From: Mobula hypostoma | Taxonomy: Eukaryota | Assembly (NCBI RefSeq): GCF_963921235.1 | Contig: NC_086097.1 | Span: forward strand, 168,766,001-168,830,000 | Reading direction: 5' to 3' | DNA length: 64,000 nt | Shown here: one piece after another, positions 63,601-64,000 of the stretch | Position numbering within the stretch: position 1 is the first letter of the stretch | Layout of the letters: the number at the start of each line of letters is the position of its first letter | Translations under genes and position numbers: made by a program | Notes under the pieces: generated by a model | Told to the model about the DNA's origin: nothing | Databases searched by the model: none | The model's input: only the letters and a program-made list of their open reading frames with translations

Positions 63601-63787
63601 TTCACTTGAGCCTCACTTAAGACTACCTGACAAACGCCAAAAGCCTCGGCAAGGGGTGGGAGCCGTTCGGAGACTTGGGGTGAGAATGGATCATTGCACT
63701 GCTCGGCTCACCATCGGAACTCACCTGGGTCAGCTGGTTGCGAACGATTTGCCTCAGCTCGGAGGCTTTCTCCAGCGACAGCGACAT
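2649..63787 (-). CDS. CEP76: Centrosomal protein of 76 kDa, multi-exon gene span (coding exons 1-11; final exon lies outside the window, left of base 1)
   Basis: Eleven manually translated exons join in frame (63+156+82+225+186+98+129+189+167+334+218 = 1847 nt), all with GT-AG boundaries. The peptide matches my recollection of vertebrate CEP76 (MSLxxEKASEL..., [70 protein letters not shown]). Confidence 0.97.
4075..5652 (+). mobile_element. Tc1/mariner transposon, decayed, long (~200 bp) inverted repeats; left end eroded
   Basis: About 4100-4255 is the reverse complement of about 5438-5595. Transposase remnant from ATG 4433 (MKTKEH...) with [16 protein letters not shown] and [14 protein letters not shown] motifs, interrupted by stops. 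Confidence 0.9.
5675..6569. mobile_element. Non-autonomous hAT (Charlie-like) element, composite
   Basis: TIRs CAGGGGTCCCCAA / TTGGGGACCGCTG. Perfect 8-bp TSD CTCTAAGA (5667-5674, 6570-6577). Confidence 0.9.
5777..6439. mobile_element. Nested non-autonomous hAT (Blackjack-like) element inside the Charlie-like MITE
   Basis: Ends TAGGGTT...GGCAACCCCA with flanks TGTTCAAG / TATTCAAG (7/8). Subterminal (G/A)GGACA repeats. Confidence 0.65.
7696..8029 (-). CDS. CEP76: CEP76 exon 10 ([12 protein letters not shown]...LISEHRK)
   Basis: 334 nt, TACAG acceptor, GTATGA donor. Inside ORF 7690..8049. Confidence 0.97.
8419..9061 (+). mobile_element. Old CR1 LINE, 5' part (host of the L1 insertion)
   Basis: Decayed RT motifs ([32 protein letters not shown]). 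Continues at 20894 across the TSD. Confidence 0.85.
9218..10117 (+). CDS. L1 element A ORF1p (coiled coil + RRM + CTD), 299 aa, intact
   Basis: [29 protein letters not shown] and LLYPARL motifs typical of vertebrate L1 ORF1p. Confidence 0.92.
   Translation: MILRSAMSKNGKNGKDGKPPVKPKATDLPPTESPVTLKAISELIQREISTSVREMIRTEIAGPVKDLIHTEISTNLQKITDSIDKMQTFIAEHQSAISDLQKFAQQSELKMGKIEETINVMKKKLDFLTFKKSDLESRMRRQNLRMIGVREAVESNNPMKYFSQLLKDAFPTVFPDQPPLLDRVHRIPSYSSRSDRPRHVILRFHYFQDKERLFRFARSKGFIDFSDLKFRFVEDFSKPIWDQRVRYRSVMSEFYKMDLRPALLYPARLRIRMSDGALRFFDSPSDAQSYLDQLSSLTS
10836..12085 (+). pseudogene. L1 element A ORF2, 5' part (APE endonuclease), interrupted by element B
   Basis: [37 protein letters not shown] motifs. 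Similarity to B ORF2 stops at FCDFYSS. Confidence 0.93.
12449..16225 (-). CDS. L1 element B ORF2p (APE endonuclease, reverse transcriptase, C-terminal CCHC), 1258 aa from ATG
   Basis: Uninterrupted ORF. EN motifs as in [36 protein letters not shown]...HMFWSC. Confidence 0.96.
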   Translation of the reverse strand: MESIINFVSWNTNGLNHPIKRKKVFKVFRRLKAQILFLQETHVRRGDRLRFFKFWKEQQFHSNSNAKIRGVSIFIDSSVTFIQQDIISDPNGRFLLVSGLLFNKKVVLVNVYAPNMDCPEFYKSLFDQFPNLNEFSLIWGGDLNTCLSPALDRSAPLRTLPNKSANLINFFLSDSGSTDIWRFLHPQEKDFSFFSHVHHSYSRIDYFFIDSRLIPSVIKCDYDSITISDHAPLKLSIKIMANIPNNRQWRFNSLLLQDSDFVNFMNEQIELFFTINHTEDISVNTLWDTFKAYIRGQIISYSVALRKKQKQEEMAIVDKIKEIDKKYVMAPSEELYKQRTELQMEHSLLLSSSIVNQLKKTRSDFYVHSDKIGKLLANQLKSNYVKSQINQIYNQNDRLILDHVGINQTFCDFYSSLYQSESPRDSKYMNDFLDKLDFPQISQDMSSLLDTSITMDEIKNVIFSMNLGKAPGPDGFTVEFYKCFASLLIPWLYKVFEASLKLGKLPESFNRASISLILKKDKDPAQCASYRPISLLNVDSKVFSKLLANRLEKVLPSIISEDQTGFIKGRYSFYNIRTLLNIVYTPSQNVPECVISLDAEKAFDRVEWPYLFKVLEMFNFSLKFISWIKLLYHSPVASVRTNSLNSPFFPLFRGTRQGCPLSPLLFDIALEPLAIAIRESSNITGITRGLKFHKLSLYADDLLLYISNPERSIPAVLELLAQFGLFSGYKLNLSKSELFPINKHLPLYYKFPFKLINNYLSYLGIKITCKHKDLFKTNFLPLIDHITQLSSKWFPLYLTLIGRINAVKMFFLPKFLYVFQALPIFVPKSFFDKVDSKISSFIWQNKNPRLGKIHLQKAKRDGGLALPNFRFYYWAINIRHMKFWLLDRDILSIPKWVALELQSVQGYTLGSILGSSLPFDSKRLKQVSNPIVKYALRIWFQFRKFFDLNQFGLAIPILGNIFFPPSFTDRAFQTWKTKGILRFLDLFLDGSLMSFEQLSNKYNLSRIHFFRYLQVRNFLSTILSSFPMLPPIYILDSIINLNPCQKGASAMIYNIIMKLRKAPFDKIRVDWEQELGLTISVDDWGQILQLVNTSSICAKHSLIQFKVVHRAHMSKDKLVRFYTHINPFCDRCSGQIASLTHMFWSCPTLETFWRDIFNIISKVLNIDISPHPITAIFGLPKISSNLSPSARRMIAFLTLMAKRCILQHWKELNAPTTFFWFSQTILCLNLEKIRSNLYDSSFKFEQIWGPFIRYFHLM
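16951..17850 (-). CDS. L1 element B ORF1p, 299 aa, intact
   Basis: 287/299 residues identical to A ORF1p by manual comparison. Confidence 0.93.
   Translation of the reverse strand: MILRSAMSKNGKNGKDGKPSAKPKATDLPPTESPVTLKAISELIQREISTSVREMIRTEIAGFVKDLIHAEISTNFQKIADLIDKMQTCIAEHQSAISDLQKFAQQSELKMGKIEETINVMKKKLDFLTFKNSDLESRMRRQNLRMIGVREAVEANNPMKYFSQLLKDAFPTVFPDQPPLLDRVHRIPSYSSRSDRPRHVILRFHYFQDKERLFRFARSKGFIDFSDLKFRFVEDFSKPIWDQRVRYRSVMSEFYKMDLRPALLYPARLRIRMLDGALRFFDSPSDAQSYLDQLSSSTS
18020..20546 (+). pseudogene. L1 element A ORF2, 3' part (RT + CCHC), with nonsense mutation
   Basis: Resumes right after the TSD (YQSESPRD...). TGG>TGA at 19389-19391 relative to B (FYYW). Confidence 0.93.
20894..21532 (+). 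mobile_element. Old CR1 LINE, 3' part
   Basis: Continues 8419-9061. [16 protein letters not shown] and [13 protein letters not shown] motifs, and 3' tail ...AATTCTGCTCCT...ATGGTCTTATG. Confidence 0.85.
21965..24095 (+). mobile_element. Patchwork of very old CR1-like LINE fragments
   Basis: Scattered residual motifs (GATGATGCAAAACTGGG, GCAAATAGTATGTTGGCCTTTATAGC) and a CR1-like tail near 24040-24095. Boundaries approximate. Confidence 0.5.
24331..24497 (-). CDS. CEP76: CEP76 exon 9 (transglutaminase-like core; [18 protein letters not shown]...VPHTWV...FWESLTG)
   Basis: 167 nt, CTTTAG acceptor, GTGAAA donor, phase 0/2. Confidence 0.96.
24925..27531 (+). mobile_element. CR1 LINE, decayed, with internal deletion (short ORF1-like piece joined to EN/RT)
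   Basis: ORFs 25390-27017: [65 protein letters not shown]. Tail ...TATGTCTTATGGTCTTA. Confidence 0.92.
29074..29262 (-). CDS. CEP76: CEP76 exon 8 ([13 protein letters not shown]...[12 protein letters not shown])
   Basis: 189 nt, CCTCAG acceptor, GTACTT donor. Inside ORF 29020..29376. Confidence 0.97.
29501..29629 (-). CDS. CEP76: CEP76 exon 7 ([43 protein letters not shown])
   Basis: 129 nt, TTTACAG acceptor, GTGAGT donor. Confidence 0.96.
31994..32091 (-). CDS. CEP76: CEP76 exon 6 ([32 protein letters not shown])
   Basis: 98 nt, TTTTTTCAG acceptor, GTACTG donor, phase 1/0. Confidence 0.95.
34096..37815 (+). mobile_element. CR1 LINE (EN + RT), decayed, same family as 24925-27531, split by a Penelope insertion
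   Basis: [54 protein letters not shown]. Resumes at 37680. Confidence 0.9.
36783..37679 (+). mobile_element. Penelope-like element 3' fragment (GIY-YIG), second family
   Basis: VVYVIQCNE...[17 protein letters not shown]...[19 protein letters not shown]...[22 protein letters not shown] (36769-36779, 37680-37690). Decayed hammerhead core at 37595-37635. Confidence 0.88.
38240..39140 (-). mobile_element. CR1 LINE 3' portion, interrupted at 38481-38834
   Basis: [24 protein letters not shown]...[20 protein letters not shown]. Tail (plus strand) TAGAAACATAGAAAACATACAGC. Confidence 0.88.
38481..38834 (-). mobile_element. Rex1/Babar-type LINE 3' fragment nested in CR1
   Basis: SHPLH...[27 protein letters not shown]-terminus. 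Short tandem tail (TAGTCA)n on the plus strand. Confidence 0.75.
39730..41180 (-). mobile_element. Rex1/Babar-type LINE, 5'-truncated and decayed
   Basis: [70 protein letters not shown]. Confidence 0.85.
42218..42434 (+). repeat. Gypsy 5' LTR
   Basis: Shares TCAGTAATATTTGAGTAATATT and GCCTCACTAAAGTACAA blocks with 48577-48814. Confidence 0.85.
43592..45680 (+). mobile_element. Rex1/Babar-type LINE inserted in the Gypsy protease region
   Basis: [11 protein letters not shown]...[61 protein letters not shown]. Gypsy sequence resumes at about 45680. Confidence 0.85.
45624..45665. repeat. (TA)21 microsatellite at the LINE 3' end
   Basis: Read directly from the sequence. Confidence 0.95.
48017..48195. 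mobile_element. Fold-back insertion of a Penelope 3'-terminal repeat
   Basis: 65-bp inverted arms (48016-48080 / 48092-48156, one mismatch). 13-bp direct repeat CAATTACAATGGA at 48004-48016 and 48196-48208. Confidence 0.88.
48577..48814 (+). repeat. Gypsy 3' LTR
   Basis: Direct repeat of 42218-42434, preceded by purine tract AAGCAGAGAGGAG. Confidence 0.85.
48976..49161 (-). CDS. CEP76: CEP76 exon 5 ([22 protein letters not shown]...SVELLGV)
   Basis: 186 nt, CCAG acceptor, GTAAG donor. Overlaps ORF 48962..49171. Confidence 0.96.
49225..49520 (-). mobile_element. Degraded V-SINE-like element
   Basis: Minus strand GGGTTCAATCC (B-box-like)...TGTGTGGTGTTTGCATGTTCTCCCTGTG..., with a LINE-derived tail. 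Confidence 0.6.
50154..50378 (-). CDS. CEP76: CEP76 exon 4 (C2 domain; [26 protein letters not shown]...LLEVHKDSL)
   Basis: 225 nt, TTGCAG acceptor, GTAAGT donor. Overlaps ORF 50146..50337. Confidence 0.96.
   Translation of the reverse strand, partial: QTLILLEEICTFRFWVVEHSWSIYKSHNLYQGKCALRLNFICISEISASSPSLCHVPVSLICRMVFCWKFIKTV
51814..53400 (+). mobile_element. Tigger/pogo-like DNA transposon, internally deleted (non-autonomous)
   Basis: TA-flanked TIRs (T)AGGTGTCCCCCGC / GCGGGGGAAATCTG. N-terminal HTH ([23 protein letters not shown]) joined to an acidic C-terminus ([21 protein letters not shown]). No DDE core. Confidence 0.85.
53528..53790 (-). mobile_element. CR1 LINE 3' end fragment (same family as 38240-38480)
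   Basis: Near-collinear with 38240-38480 (TAGAAACATAGAAAAC...TCTCTTAAAAGACCCTATCG...CCTCTGTACCTAC). Confidence 0.8.
54420..54675 (-). mobile_element. tRNA-derived V-SINE-like element
   Basis: Minus strand GCCACGGTAGTGTAGCAGTTAGC (A-box-like), GGAGTTCAATCC (B-box-like), core TTTCCTCCAGGTGCTCCGGTTTCCTCC...CCAAAGAC. Confidence 0.72.
54870..55480 (+). mobile_element. Rex1/Babar-type LINE 3' fragment (same family as 43592-45680)
   Basis: [16 protein letters not shown]...[21 protein letters not shown]. Collinear with 45010-45620. Confidence 0.85.
55548..55629 (-). CDS. CEP76: CEP76 exon 3 ([27 protein letters not shown])
   Basis: 82 nt, TTTCCAG acceptor, GTGAGT donor. Phase 0/1 links exons 2 and 4 in frame. 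Poorly conserved linker ending in LKK. Confidence 0.88.
56660..57370 (-). mobile_element. Rex1/L2-like LINE 3' fragment
   Basis: Minus-strand [30 protein letters not shown] C-terminus. Inverted relative to 57395-58016. Confidence 0.65.
57395..58016 (+). mobile_element. Rex1/L2-like LINE 3' fragment
   Basis: [23 protein letters not shown], and a 3' end ...TACTCTGATAATAAATTT...TTTGA. Confidence 0.7.
58308..58712 (+). mobile_element. Penelope-like element 3' fragment (same family as 872-2306)
   Basis: [20 protein letters not shown], pyrimidine-rich UTR, hammerhead-like motif 58603-58640, and tail GATGCTGCCTGGCCTGCTGAGTTCCTCCAGCATTTTG. Confidence 0.85.
59620..59775 (-). CDS. CEP76: CEP76 exon 2 ([15 protein letters not shown]...[19 protein letters not shown])
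   Basis: 156 nt, CAG acceptor, GTAAGT donor, phase 0/0. Not in the ORF track; translated by hand. Confidence 0.95.
60117..60277. mobile_element. Second fold-back insertion of a Penelope 3'-terminal repeat
   Basis: Inverted arms about 60151-60215 / 60217-60280, centred on 60216. 13-bp direct repeat TGACTTTCTAGAA at 60104-60116 and 60278-60290. Confidence 0.85.
61390..62410 (+). mobile_element. Decayed CR1 LINE 3' half
   Basis: [49 protein letters not shown] remnants. Confidence 0.75.
63725..63787 (-). CDS. CEP76: CEP76 coding exon 1 ([21 protein letters not shown])
   Basis: ATG at 63787, 63 nt, followed by donor GTGAGT. Confidence 0.95.
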
Positions 63788-64000
63788 GCTCCCCGAGGCC
63801 CCAATCAATCCGGCCGACAGGCACCACCACTCGCTGACACCGCCTCTTTCATCGTCAGCAGTCCACCAATCGGGCCGTGGTAGCTGAGACCCCGCCCCCT
63901 CGCCAAATGTCACTCAATCCGACTTCCGCCTCGGCACGCCCCGGTCAGACCCCGCCCCTCCCAATGACTGTTCACACAGCACCAAGGGGCCTCCGAACGT
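63788..64000. promoter_or_regulatory. CpG-rich CEP76 5' UTR / proximal promoter
   Basis: CpG-rich stretch directly upstream of the ATG. GC boxes CCCCGCCCC at 63890 and 63950, CCAAT at 63801, 63866 and 63961, ETS-like ACTTCCG at 63922. Confidence 0.75.

Noticed and set aside
63623..63913. 96-aa ORF spanning CEP76 exon 1
   Set aside because: Non-ATG start and read-through into intron 1. Only 63725-63787 matches CEP76.
1..64000. CRISPR arrays, tRNA/rRNA genes, prokaryotic-type systems
   Set aside because: No regularly spaced repeat-spacer array or full tRNA/rRNA was seen. The tRNA-like boxes belong to SINEs and the DNA is a spliced vertebrate locus.

Overview
Eukaryotic vertebrate genomic DNA, most likely a cartilaginous fish (inferred from the CEP76 divergence and the CR1, V-SINE, Penelope and Rex1 repeat content). 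The window holds one host gene, CEP76, on the minus strand. Coding exons 1-11 were traced by hand (63787 down to 2649, 1847 nt, all GT-AG with consistent phases); the last exon lies left of the window and a GC-box/CCAAT promoter sits at the right edge. The introns are packed with transposons. The standout is in intron 9: a full-length L1 with two intact ORFs (12086-18006, minus, 13-bp TSD) inserted into ORF2 of a near-identical sister L1 (9062-20893, plus, 10-bp TSD), which itself sits in an old CR1. This gives two crossing ~3-kb inverted repeats. A second theme is Penelope-like elements with minimal hammerhead-ribozyme motifs, including two small fold-back (hairpin) insertions each flanked by a 13-bp direct repeat. 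Also present: a decayed Gypsy LTR element, Tc1, Tigger/pogo and hAT elements, a composite nested MITE, Rex1/Babar and CR1 LINEs, and V-SINEs. I found no clearly unprecedented protein system; the novelty candidates are retroelement architecture and RNA motifs.
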